Below the pieces are notes generated by a model. That model had not been told where the DNA came from and searched no databases. It was given only the letters and a program-made list of their open reading frames with translations. Shown here in pieces: positions 55,255 through 64,000 of a stretch of 64,000 nt of DNA (position 1 is its first letter; each line of letters begins with the position of its first letter). This DNA comes from a bacterium (GTDB lineage: Bacteria > Patescibacteriota > Minisyncoccia > Phycocordibacterales > UBA1550): contig JAUSES010000029.1 in NCBI GenBank assembly GCA_030649835.1, forward strand, positions 4,130-68,129, written 5' to 3'. The position numbers and the translations under genes are program-made.

Positions 55255-55584
55255 AATAACACAGAACTCAGAGAAATTTTAATAAAAGAACTTGGCATTG
55301 AGGGACTGCCCGAGGAAGCGCAGGATGAAATCGTGGGCAAGCTTGGGGAGATTATTTTGAAGTCGCTTACGGTTGCGATTTTTGACAAGCTTTCTGGCGA
55401 GGCGCGAGAGGAATTTGAGCGCATTAGTGAAGCGGGGGATTCTGATTTGATTCAGGAATTTCTTGAAAAAAGTGTTCCAGACTTACATCTTCTTATGGAA
55501 GAGGAGGTCAAAAAAACGCTAAATAACTTTGCAGACAAGGGTGCGAGCGGAGAGGAGAGACCAAAAGAAAGGGGAGAGATATAG
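55252..55584 (+). CDS. small acidic hypothetical protein (110 aa)
   Basis: ORF. Followed by a 62-bp perfect palindromic terminator at 55591..55652. Confidence 0.45.
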   Translation: MNNTELREILIKELGIEGLPEEAQDEIVGKLGEIILKSLTVAIFDKLSGEAREEFERISEAGDSDLIQEFLEKSVPDLHLLMEEEVKKTLNNFADKGASGEERPKERGEI

Positions 55585-55666
55585 AGTCAGCACAAAAAAG
55601 AAACAGATGCCTCGCCAAAACTTTGGCGAGGCATCTGTTTCTTTTTTGTGCTAAAGTAGCTACACC

Positions 55667-57610
55667 ATGGAACACCTCGCTCATCTAAATGAAAAACAAA
55701 AAGAGGCGGCGATGCACAAAAATGGCCCTCTTCTCATCATTGCAGGTGCGGGAACTGGCAAGACGAGCACACTCACGCACCGTATTTTAAATCTCGTAAA
55801 GGAAGGTATTGCGCCGAGCGAAATACTCGCCATCACCTTTACCAACAAAGCCGCAAAAGAAATGGGCGACCGCGTAAGTGAGCTTTTTTTGAAACACGGT
55901 TTTGATGCCGGCGTACGCTACGGCGACGCGCGTCCCTTCATTGGCACGTTTCACTCTCTTGGCGTGCACATTCTCCGTGCGCATGCGCAGGTGTTTGGGC
56001 TCACAAAACATTTCACTATTGTAGACAAAAATAGCGCAAGCTCGCTTATCAAGGAGGCGATGAAGGAGCAGGGGCTGGATTCAAAACAGTTTCCTCCGGA
56101 CCGCATTGCGGGCGTCATCTCTCGGCAAAAGGGCGCGCTTGTTACGCTTGCTCAATATAAAAGCGATGTGGGAAATGCGTACTTCCCGATGATTGTTTCC
56201 GCTGTATGGGAGCGCTATGAGCGTCTCCTCGCACGCGAAAGCGCGCTTGATTTTGATGATCTTATTTTAAAAACAGTAATCCTTCTTCGTGACCACGCTG
56301 AAATCCGCCGTGCATATCAATCACGCTGGAAGTACGTTCATATCGATGAATACCAAGACACCAACGCAGTGCAGTATGAAATGGCGCGCTTGCTCGCGGG
56401 TGAAACAATGAACATTTGCGCGGTGGGGGACGGCGACCAAAACATTTACAGCTGGCGTGGCGCAAACCTTCAAAACATTTTGAATTTTGAAAATGACTAC
56501 AAGGGCGCACAGACAATTCTTCTCGAGGAAAATTATCGCTCTACACAAACCATTCTCGCTGCTGCAAACGACATTATCAAAAAAAACACGGTACGTAAAG
56601 AAAAAAATCTTTTTACCAGAAATGCAGAGGGCGACAAAATTTCTCTCATTGAAAGCTACGATGAAGGGGGCGAGGCGCGCACCGTAGGAGAAAAAATAAA
56701 ACACCTAATAGACAGTGGCACCGACCCAGAAGCTATTGCCGTGCTCTACCGTGCAAACTTTCAATCCCGCGCACTTGAAGAAGCGTTTCTTATGATGGAG
56801 ATACCGTACCAAGTCCTTGGTGTTCGTTTTTTTGAACGTAAAGAAGTGAAGGATGTTTTATCTTTCATTCGCGCGGCTCTCAACCCCGAAAGTCTGTCGG
56901 ATATCAAGCGCATTATTGATTCACCTCCGCGCGGTATCGGAAAAGCGACCCTCATGAAAATGTTTGCAAAAGACGAAGCGAGCCTCACGCCCGCTGCCCA
57001 AAAGCGCGTGAAGGAATTTTGGGCACTTCTAGAGTCAATCAAGGAATTCGCTCTTGTAGAAAAAACCTCCAATCTTATTAAATTTGTTTCTGAAAAATCA
57101 GGACTTGAGACATCTCTCAAGACAGGGACCGACGAGGACAATGACCGTCTTGAAAATATTCACGAGCTCGTAACGCTCGCCACAAAGTACGACTTTCTCC
57201 CACCAGAAGAGGCAGTGGAAAAACTTTTGGGAGATGCAGCTCTCGCAAGCGACCAAGACTCAATGATGAAAAGCTCCCGTGCAGTCAAAATGATGACGGT
57301 GCACGCTGCAAAAGGCCTTGAATTCCCTTACGTATTTGTGACAGGGTTGGAGCAAGATTTGTTTCCGCACAAACGCATGGGGCCAGGAACTGGCTCAAAA
57401 GAAGACAGCGAGGAGGAGCGCCGGCTTTTTTATGTGGCTATCACGCGCGCAAAGAAAAAACTTTATCTTTCGTACGCATCCGTACGCACTATTTTCGGAC
57501 AGCGCCAGGTAAATGCTCCGTCAGAATTCCTATCCGACATCGACGACGCTCACACCGAGCACGAAGTTGGCAACACCGACAACGAGCCGGTGATTAATAT
57601 CAGCTGGTAA
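55667..57610 (+). CDS. pcrA: ATP-dependent DNA helicase, UvrD/PcrA/Rep family
   Basis: Motif I AGAGTGKT, motif II DEYQDTN, motif VI VAITRAKK. Confidence 0.85.
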   Translation: MEHLAHLNEKQKEAAMHKNGPLLIIAGAGTGKTSTLTHRILNLVKEGIAPSEILAITFTNKAAKEMGDRVSELFLKHGFDAGVRYGDARPFIGTFHSLGVHILRAHAQVFGLTKHFTIVDKNSASSLIKEAMKEQGLDSKQFPPDRIAGVISRQKGALVTLAQYKSDVGNAYFPMIVSAVWERYERLLARESALDFDDLILKTVILLRDHAEIRRAYQSRWKYVHIDEYQDTNAVQYEMARLLAGETMNICAVGDGDQNIYSWRGANLQNILNFENDYKGAQTILLEENYRSTQTILAAANDIIKKNTVRKEKNLFTRNAEGDKISLIESYDEGGEARTVGEKIKHLIDSGTDPEAIAVLYRANFQSRALEEAFLMMEIPYQVLGVRFFERKEVKDVLSFIRAALNPESLSDIKRIIDSPPRGIGKATLMKMFAKDEASLTPAAQKRVKEFWALLESIKEFALVEKTSNLIKFVSEKSGLETSLKTGTDEDNDRLENIHELVTLATKYDFLPPEEAVEKLLGDAALASDQDSMMKSSRAVKMMTVHAAKGLEFPYVFVTGLEQDLFPHKRMGPGTGSKEDSEEERRLFYVAITRAKKKLYLSYASVRTIFGQRQVNAPSEFLSDIDDAHTEHEVGNTDNEPVINISW

Positions 57611-57649
57611 ATAATAGACCTCCTTCAAAAGTCGTAATCTTACCACCGA

Positions 57650-57765
57650 GTGTCTTTATCTGTCTTTGCGAGAAGGTACCCCGACGTGGCAATCTACAGG
57701 TTATTCCTGGATGCTTCTGAATCAGCAGATTCACGTCTTGGACGCAAGCCTCGCAAAGACACGAG
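57650..57765. repeat. family-2 element copy (gtctttgcgag … gattcacgtcttggacgca … ctcgcaaagac)
   Basis: Terminal IR GTCTTTGCGAG/CTCGCAAAGAC. Confidence 0.6.
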
Positions 57766-57929
57766 GAAGGACTTTTGAAAGAGGTCTAATATTTACAATT
57801 TTGTGCTTCCTCTACCATGTCTTCGCACATACATCCCAGCAATAGAACGCTATAGCGTTCTATTGCGCGGAGGAGATTTTTATAAAATATTGTGGTTTTT
57901 GAAGGGTGGTTGGTATACTCATAACATCT

Positions 57930-58799
57930 ATGGTTTATGCGAAAAAATCACTGGGGCAGAATTTTTTAAATTCGAAAACTGTTGCACGTGACATTGTGCG
58001 GGCAGGGGAACTTTTGCCTACCGACACCGTACTTGAGATCGGCCCAGGGAAGGGGTTTCTTACAGTCGAGCTTCTTGCGACGGGGGCCCGTGTGGTTGCA
58101 GTAGAAAAAGACGACAGAATGATACCAATACTTCAGGAAAAGTTTGCAAATGAGATCAAAAAAGGCCAACTTTCGCTCATTAATGCTGATATCATGGATG
58201 TTTTTCAAAATAAAGGACCGTCCTTTATTTTTGGGGCAAAGAAGGAGAAAATAAAGGACGGTCCTTTATTTGAATACAAACTTGTGGCTAATATTCCATA
58301 CTATTTAACAGGACAAATTATTCGCACATTTTTAGAAGCGGGAAAAAAGCCCGAGCGAATGATCTTGATGCTCCAAAAAGAAGTAGCAACACGCATCGTT
58401 GCACGCGACAAAAAAGAAAGCATCCTTTCCATCGCGGTAAAAGCCTATGGCACACCAAAGCTTATAAAAAAGGTCCCTGCGCGCTACTTTACTCCCTCAC
58501 CAAAGGTTGACTCTGCTATTCTTGCTATTTTAAATATTTCAGGAAAACATTTTCTCGACAAAAAATCGGAGGAACATTTTTTTGAAATTGTTCGCGCTGG
58601 CTTTGCTCACAAAAGAAAATTCCTTGCAGGAAATTTAAAGGAATTTTTTAAAGAAAAAACGGCAGATATTCTCAAAGGTGCAAATATTTCAGAAACTGCG
58701 CGAGCAGAAAACCTCACTCTGGAAAATTGGCTCGCTATTGCGAAACGAAGTCCACGGGCACACCAGTGTCTGAAGACAAGGATGTCCCCGCGGTCATAA
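57930..58799 (+). CDS. rsmA: 16S rRNA (adenine1518/1519-N6)-dimethyltransferase RsmA/KsgA
   Basis: MVYAKKSLGQNFL…LEIGPGKGFLT…NIPY. The 3' end may be shorter than the ORF. Confidence 0.8.
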   Translation: MVYAKKSLGQNFLNSKTVARDIVRAGELLPTDTVLEIGPGKGFLTVELLATGARVVAVEKDDRMIPILQEKFANEIKKGQLSLINADIMDVFQNKGPSFIFGAKKEKIKDGPLFEYKLVANIPYYLTGQIIRTFLEAGKKPERMILMLQKEVATRIVARDKKESILSIAVKAYGTPKLIKKVPARYFTPSPKVDSAILAILNISGKHFLDKKSEEHFFEIVRAGFAHKRKFLAGNLKEFFKEKTADILKGANISETARAENLTLENWLAIAKRSPRAHQCLKTRMSPRS

Positions 58800-59223
58800 T
58801 TGAGCCTATTGCAGGAGGTAGAGTGAAGCATCCATCCGGCACTGTCACCAAGCATAATGGTGCTGCGCCCTTGGTATACGACCCTAAAATCCAATTACCT
58901 GGAGGTTCTGTTGAAAGCCATGTATACCCTGCCCACATCCCAACAGGGCTATAAACTGTATGGGTATAATCGTACATAAAAGTTTCTGCTGTTTGTATAA
59001 ATTCTCCCCCCGCAGGCGGTCCTACAACCACATAGGCAAGGGCTGCTCCCTCTGAGCATGTACACGGAGTTGTAGACAAAATCTGCCCGCCAAAACCTAA
59101 AAGTGCTCCTGCTTTTTGTGTTTTTGCGCTAAACGAAACTCCAACAACCAAAATAGCAATCGCAAAACTAAGCAAAACTGTTTGCGCTCGGGTTTTTTTG
59201 AAAATTTTAAATAGAAATTTCAT
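58735..59223 (-). CDS. secreted/membrane-anchored hypothetical protein
   Basis: N-terminal hydrophobic helix; Cys-containing motif TTPCTCSEGA. Confidence 0.4.
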   Translation of the reverse strand: MKFLFKIFKKTRAQTVLLSFAIAILVVGVSFSAKTQKAGALLGFGGQILSTTPCTCSEGAALAYVVVGPPAGGEFIQTAETFMYDYTHTVYSPVGMWAGYTWLSTEPPGNWILGSYTKGAAPLCLVTVPDGCFTLPPAIGSIMTAGTSLSSDTGVPVDFVSQ

Positions 59224-59224
59224 A

Positions 59225-60175
59225 TTACAGAAGTTTCAACGAAAAAGGTTTTGCATTGCTTACACCATTTTCATTCATTATATATACCGACACAGGAATT
59301 GAGAAATTTTTTATTTTTGGCGTACTGGTCGCATTGTTGAAAAGATTTTTCGGGATTACAAAACTCATGGTAGCACCATCTATAGATGAAACATTTTTAA
59401 AAGCACCGATGCCTGCGACCATCATTGTGTTGCCCGTGCTCAAAAATCCACTACCGATAACTACTACAGTATCTCCCGTTGAGACAGCCGTAGGCAAAAC
59501 ACTCTCTATTTTTGGCCCCGCTGTCACACCGTCTGTCACAATAAAAAATGCATCTTTATTGCTTTCTCCGCGCGCATTTTTTACAAAAAGAGGATACACG
59601 CCTTTTGGAATTTCTGGAACTTTTAAAGAAATAGACTGTCCGTTCCACGAGGTCGCCCATGAGACAGCGTGGTCAGCGCCAAAATACACCGTGTTGTCCT
59701 TTGGCGTAAAACCAGCGCCTGAAATTGAAATCGTGGTCCCCGGCTTTGCAGAATACTGCGAAGGGAACATCACGACTACTTTTCCTTTTTCAACTGCAAG
59801 TGTAGGAAGTTCTTTCAAAGGAATGTTTGTCGCTGGTGCTCCTATAGTGAGTGCCTTTATTTTTTCTCTTGTTTTGGGGCCAAAAATTCCAGTGCCGAAG
59901 GGAAGCCCATTAGGAGTGAGTATTTCCGCGCGATATTTCTCTTGGAATTTTACCAACCCGCGTTTTGTCCCAGCGCCAAAATAACTGGTTTCATTACCCA
60001 CCGACCCCACACCGCTTTCCGCCACACGCGTATCGCTATCCGTATTCAAAAAAACTTGAAGCGCACGCACGTCATCCCCCCGCATTCCCAAAGAAAGTGT
60101 GCGGGTGAATGTTGCCCCAAAAACGACATTAGGAAAAACGAGAACGGCTACAAAAAATATCCCTAAAAACTTCAT
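59225..60175 (-). CDS. secreted protein with a peptidoglycan-binding (PG_binding_1-like) domain and IPT/TIG-like beta domains
   Basis: LSLGMRGDDVRALQVFLN…GYFGAGTKRGLVKFQEKY. Start MKFLGIFF. Confidence 0.55.
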   Translation of the reverse strand: MKFLGIFFVAVLVFPNVVFGATFTRTLSLGMRGDDVRALQVFLNTDSDTRVAESGVGSVGNETSYFGAGTKRGLVKFQEKYRAEILTPNGLPFGTGIFGPKTREKIKALTIGAPATNIPLKELPTLAVEKGKVVVMFPSQYSAKPGTTISISGAGFTPKDNTVYFGADHAVSWATSWNGQSISLKVPEIPKGVYPLFVKNARGESNKDAFFIVTDGVTAGPKIESVLPTAVSTGDTVVVIGSGFLSTGNTMMVAGIGAFKNVSSIDGATMSFVIPKNLFNNATSTPKIKNFSIPVSVYIMNENGVSNAKPFSLKLL

Positions 60176-60224
60176 TTCTAAATGATACCATATTATTTTT
60201 GGAACCATTCACCTCACTACGTAA

Positions 60225-60330
60225 ATTTAGTTTCAGTCTTTGCGAGCGAAGCAATCTAGGGTCCTGGATAGCGCCCGAGACGTGAATCTGGTGATTCAGC
60301 CACGCACTACGTGCTCGCAAAGACAGGGAT
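60225..60330. repeat. family-2 element copy in inverse orientation
   Basis: gtctttgcgagcgaagcaatc…cgagacgtgaatctg…ctcgcaaagac. Confidence 0.6.
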
Positions 60331-60386
60331 GAAGGAAGTCTCTCTTTTTTGCTGTACAAAAAATACCTGCACGGTATACTAATATC

Positions 60387-62042
60387 ATGAACATACAAGA
60401 AGTCCTTCACGGTGAAAATAGGAAAAAGATTATTATTGGCATTGTGGTAGTTATTGTAATTATTCTTTTGCTTAGCATTACCGTTAGTGTTGGCAAAAAA
60501 AATACCTCCGAAGCAGATTTGGCGAAGCAAACCGAAACTCAAATTCTTGCAGACCTTGCTCAGCTTTCCCCACCCGGAGAAGGGGAGAATGGCGTCCTCT
60601 CACACAGCGAACGCGTGCGTCTTGAAATGCCCCTTATTACGCTCTCAGCAGACACCACCACCGTTGCCCCAGGGCAACCTGCAGTGATTACGTGGGCTTC
60701 AAAAAATGCAACAGATTGTGCCGACGGTATTGGTAACCAAATTCGCCTTGAGGGAAGCTACTCTATTACTCCAAAAGAAGACTATACTCTAGATATTTTG
60801 TGTACCGGCCCAAAAGGCGCGGCGGCACAGTCTCTCACGATATCTGTCATTACAGCTCCGCTCATAAATTTGTCTGCATATCCTACCGAGGTTGCGCCCG
60901 GGCAACAATCATTTATTACATGGAATACTTCCAATGCAACAAGCTGTCTTGATGGTAGTGGAAAAACACTTCGGCTAAATGACACACTCGCCATTACTCC
61001 TCTGCGAGCCTACACTTTTGAAATAAAATGCACCGGCGAAAAAGGAACAGCCAAAAAGTCCCTCGCAATAGCAGTTAATCCCCGAGCTCAATATGCCACT
61101 ACAAAAACAGGAACTACCGGCACTGTTGGTACGGTAAAAACGGGGACACCACCAACTGATTCAAAAACACCGATAAAAGTAGCGCCTATTATCGTTTCTG
61201 CTCCCGGAGAACGAACGGTGACAAGTGTGGGCCCCGGGCCAAAAATCACACTCACTTTTAATCCTGACACACTTCTAAAGGATACTGATTCATCCACTTT
61301 TTCGTGGACAGTAGAAAACGCTACTTCCTGTACTCACTCTGCCCCCACGGGAATAGTTGTTCCCAGTGCAACAAACAGTTCTGCTACGCGCCTGCTTACG
61401 GGAGCAGCCGTAGACGAAGCAGGTCTTTTTAGTGAAATGACTGGCTCAAAACAAATTTGGCTCCCAAGTGGAAAAACGAGCGCAAAAATTACTTTTAACT
61501 GCGTAAGCGTCGACGGTAGATCCACCGCATCAAATACACTTTCGCTGGACAATGCGCTTGCTTCCATTACTGCTAAGCCAACAATTGAACTTTTTGCAAA
61601 TCCCGGCACGGTATCAGCCGGTGGCACATCCGAAGTCTCGTGGGAAACCACAAACACAATCCCTGGCGGACAATGTTTTGCAAGAGTTACCGCAGAAGCA
61701 CATGTTTATAATCCAGTTACAGATACCTATGGGAGTTCCTTATACAGCTCAAAAGCAGGTGTGCCGGTAAACGGAAAAATGAAGGTTACTCCCGGACTTT
61801 CAAACAGCCCTATTCCAGGGGGTGGCACTAGTTTTAATGAAATAAACGCAGGAGCAGTAACTGGTCTTGGGCCCGGGCTTACAAGCCTCCTGGGTGGTGG
61901 CGATGATACCTCTTGGTACACCCCCGCGAACGTTACTCTCTATTGTGGAAACAGGTTTGGAACAACAGAGAAATCAATTACGGTGCAGGTTCCTCCACCA
62001 CCCGACTGTGGTGGATGGCTTTCGTGTACTTTTCGTTTCTAA
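60387..62042 (+). CDS. membrane-anchored surface protein with ~5 tandem Ig-like repeat domains
   Basis: Repeats of the form TxVAPGQxxxITWxxxNATxCxDG…C(T)GxKG. Confidence 0.5.
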   Translation: MNIQEVLHGENRKKIIIGIVVVIVIILLLSITVSVGKKNTSEADLAKQTETQILADLAQLSPPGEGENGVLSHSERVRLEMPLITLSADTTTVAPGQPAVITWASKNATDCADGIGNQIRLEGSYSITPKEDYTLDILCTGPKGAAAQSLTISVITAPLINLSAYPTEVAPGQQSFITWNTSNATSCLDGSGKTLRLNDTLAITPLRAYTFEIKCTGEKGTAKKSLAIAVNPRAQYATTKTGTTGTVGTVKTGTPPTDSKTPIKVAPIIVSAPGERTVTSVGPGPKITLTFNPDTLLKDTDSSTFSWTVENATSCTHSAPTGIVVPSATNSSATRLLTGAAVDEAGLFSEMTGSKQIWLPSGKTSAKITFNCVSVDGRSTASNTLSLDNALASITAKPTIELFANPGTVSAGGTSEVSWETTNTIPGGQCFARVTAEAHVYNPVTDTYGSSLYSSKAGVPVNGKMKVTPGLSNSPIPGGGTSFNEINAGAVTGLGPGLTSLLGGGDDTSWYTPANVTLYCGNRFGTTEKSITVQVPPPPDCGGWLSCTFRF

Positions 62043-62180
62043 TTGTTTCGTGGGCAAAATAACCGGGACCATTTGGCTTCGCCAAATGGTCCCGGTTATT
62101 TTTGAACCTCCCAATATTTGTCAATTATCTCTACCTCTTCTCTTTTCTCTCTGCTATACTATGTGTGAGAAGTGTAGAAT

Positions 62181-62963
62181 ATGGGACAACATTCAAAAAA
62201 AATTTTTTCTGTCCTTTTCGCACTTCTCATTGGTGCGGGTATTATTTTCTTTGCGTGGAAAGGGGGTGGGGTAACGTACCTAAAAGATTCATCAACGACC
62301 ACGAATGAAGAATGGAAAGACACCCTAAGCGTCATCCCCGAAATCTCTCCGTTAAAAACTCTTGGGTTTTCTGGAGGGGTTGCAACAGGGAAAAACGATG
62401 CTACCACCACCACGAGCGCCCTTGCGCGTGACCTTTTGGTGGAGTATGCGCTCACACAGACAAGCGCAGCTTCTACAACCTTAAGCGATGCAGAAGTGGG
62501 TGGAATAGCGCAAACACTTGCTGAACGCGCGCGCGCAAATTCCACGATAAAAACCTACACCGAAAAAGATTTGCATATCGTTCCCGCGAGCACTTCGTCT
62601 TTAGCAATCTATCAAAAAGAAGTTTCTCAAGCACTCGCTCTTTTTCAAAAAGAAAATACTGTAAACGAGCTCCGTGTCGTCTATGAAGCAACCCAAACAA
62701 AAGACGCATCCTCGCTAACGGTGCTTGCCACCTCAGTGAACGCCTACCAAAAGCTTATCAAAACCCTGCTTGCGTTAAATATCCCAAAATCCGTCGTCCC
62801 GTTTCATCTTCTCCTTTTAAAATCACAAGCAACTCTTGTTTCCGGAATACAAGATATGGCACAAATGCTCGCTGACCCCGTGCGCGGAATGAACGGCCTC
62901 GCAACATACCAAAAGGGAACCCAACTTGTAGCCCAAATAAATAAAATTCTCAGTCCAAAGTAA
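62181..62963 (+). CDS. membrane-anchored hypothetical protein
   Basis: ORF with an N-terminal TM helix. Confidence 0.45.
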   Translation: MGQHSKKIFSVLFALLIGAGIIFFAWKGGGVTYLKDSSTTTNEEWKDTLSVIPEISPLKTLGFSGGVATGKNDATTTTSALARDLLVEYALTQTSAASTTLSDAEVGGIAQTLAERARANSTIKTYTEKDLHIVPASTSSLAIYQKEVSQALALFQKENTVNELRVVYEATQTKDASSLTVLATSVNAYQKLIKTLLALNIPKSVVPFHLLLLKSQATLVSGIQDMAQMLADPVRGMNGLATYQKGTQLVAQINKILSPK

Positions 62964-62968
62964 TTTTT

Positions 62969-64000
62969 ATGAAACATATTTCTCGCGCAATTTTAAGAAC
63001 TCTCGCCATCATCGTTTTTTCAAGTGGCACTCTTTTTTCACCAAACATCGTACGAGCAATAAACATAGGTGACGCAACACAACAGGTGAGTGGCGACTGT
63101 GTGTTGGTTGGGGTAGAAACATGGGCGGCAGCAAAAACTGAATCCTTGGTGAGTGGGGCTGTTAGTATTGCGAATAACGTAACCTCTGTTCCAATTTCAA
63201 ACATTCTTATAGAAAACTCGACAGCAACGAGCGACGCATACGCAGGAAAAATAGAGCCTTGGTACACTTGTATTGGCTACAGTATTGGACAACTTGTGCT
63301 CAAGGAACTTACTGATCAAACAATTGCGTGGATTCGTGGTGGCTTCAACGGGAGCCCCTCGTATTCAATAGACACGCACAAGCTTTTTACTGACCTTGCG
63401 GATATGGTGGCTAGCACACTTGCGCGGGATATTCGCAACTATAATATGTGTGACTTTAGGGTTGGTTACAAAAACGACCTTGCAAATTGGGTTGAAACAT
63501 CAGGAAATGATCGAGCAAAGCTTCCTGAAAGATATGCTTGTCCTTTTCAGGATGAGTTCAACTTCACTGCATCAGAGCTCTATGGAAACTTCCAAAAGGG
63601 TGGGTGGAAATTTTTTGAAAAAACCCTCAATGATAACGGAAATCCCTTTGGGGTTGCGGTGATGACTGCAGGCGAGCTCACGAGAGCCCAGGAGCAGGAG
63701 GTGCGGATTCAGGAACAGCGCTTAAGCTGGGGGGCAGGGTTCCTTGAAATTATAGATGAGGACAAATGTATATACCCCGAAGGAATCACCAAGGAAATGG
63801 TTGATGAGATGGCTACAAGTGGAAACTCTGCAGCTGCGGTTTCGTATAAAAAATCCTACTGCGGCGTGACCACACCGGGAAAGGCGATTGAATCAGCAAT
63901 GACGGAATACTCTAAAGTAAGTTGGGATAGACTTAAGCTTGCTGATAACCTTAGCAAGATTACTGCAGCACTCATTAATAGACTCAGTGATGATGCGATA
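62969..64000 (+). CDS. secreted hypothetical protein (partial; continues beyond the window end)
   Basis: Manual translation from ATG 62969 (MKHISRAILRTLAIIVFSSGTLFSPNIVRA…) stays open to 64000. Absent from the ORF track, probably because it is edge-truncated. Confidence 0.6.
   Translation, partial: MKHISRAILRTLAIIVFSSGTLFSPNIVRAINIGDATQQVSGDCVLVGVETWAAAKTESLVSGAVSIANNVTSVPISNILIENSTATSDAYAGKIEPWYTCIGYSIGQLVLKELTDQTIAWIRGGFNGSPSYSIDTHKLFTDLADMVASTLARDIRNYNMCDFRVGYKNDLANWVETSGNDRAKLPERYACPFQDEFNFTASELYGNFQKGGWKFFEKTLNDNGNPFGVAVMTAGELTRAQEQEVRIQEQRLSWGAGFLEIIDEDKCIYPEGITKEMVDEMATSGNSAAAVSYKKSYCGVTTPGKAIESAMTEYSKVSWDRLKLADNLSKITAALINRLSDDAI

Overview
This 64-kb window appears to come from a small-genome bacterium (about 40% GC); a Patescibacteria/CPR-like lifestyle is an inference from gene content. 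It mixes a housekeeping backbone with accessory material. The backbone includes nusA, ppa, tig, rsmE, clpP, rny, hup, cca, xth, a XerC/D-family recombinase, rpsO, folD, comM, a UvrD/PcrA helicase and rsmA. The accessory material includes an edge-truncated giant surface protein built from Hep_Hag-like repeats; an MmeI-family single-chain restriction-modification enzyme; four type II toxin-antitoxin modules (HTH-Panacea plus a putative toxin, DinJ/YafQ, Phd/RelE and ParD/ParE); a histidine kinase with a tandem-receiver regulator; many secreted or membrane proteins; and five tRNAs. The most unusual signals are non-coding. There are three families of intergenic palindromic repeat elements, including a ~125-bp element bounded by terminal inverted repeats that recurs four times with its terminal CAT/ATG serving as the start codon of the adjacent gene. 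A ~1.4-kb toxin-antitoxin cassette sits between two diverged copies of the 3' end of xth. Two tRNA-Gly genes are each followed by a related ~200-bp element ending in a repeat of the tRNA 3' terminus. A tRNA-Pro locus carries tandem tRNA-fragment scars. Twin palindromes bracket a PaaX-like gene, and a conserved leader is shared by three adjacent small genes next to a TrmB-like regulator. All coordinates derived by hand are approximate to a few nucleotides; in at least one printed line (around 39001) my counting disagrees with the ORF track by 2 nt. ORF-track coordinates are used wherever possible. The ORF track appears to omit ORFs truncated by the window edges, and two large edge ORFs were recovered by manual translation.
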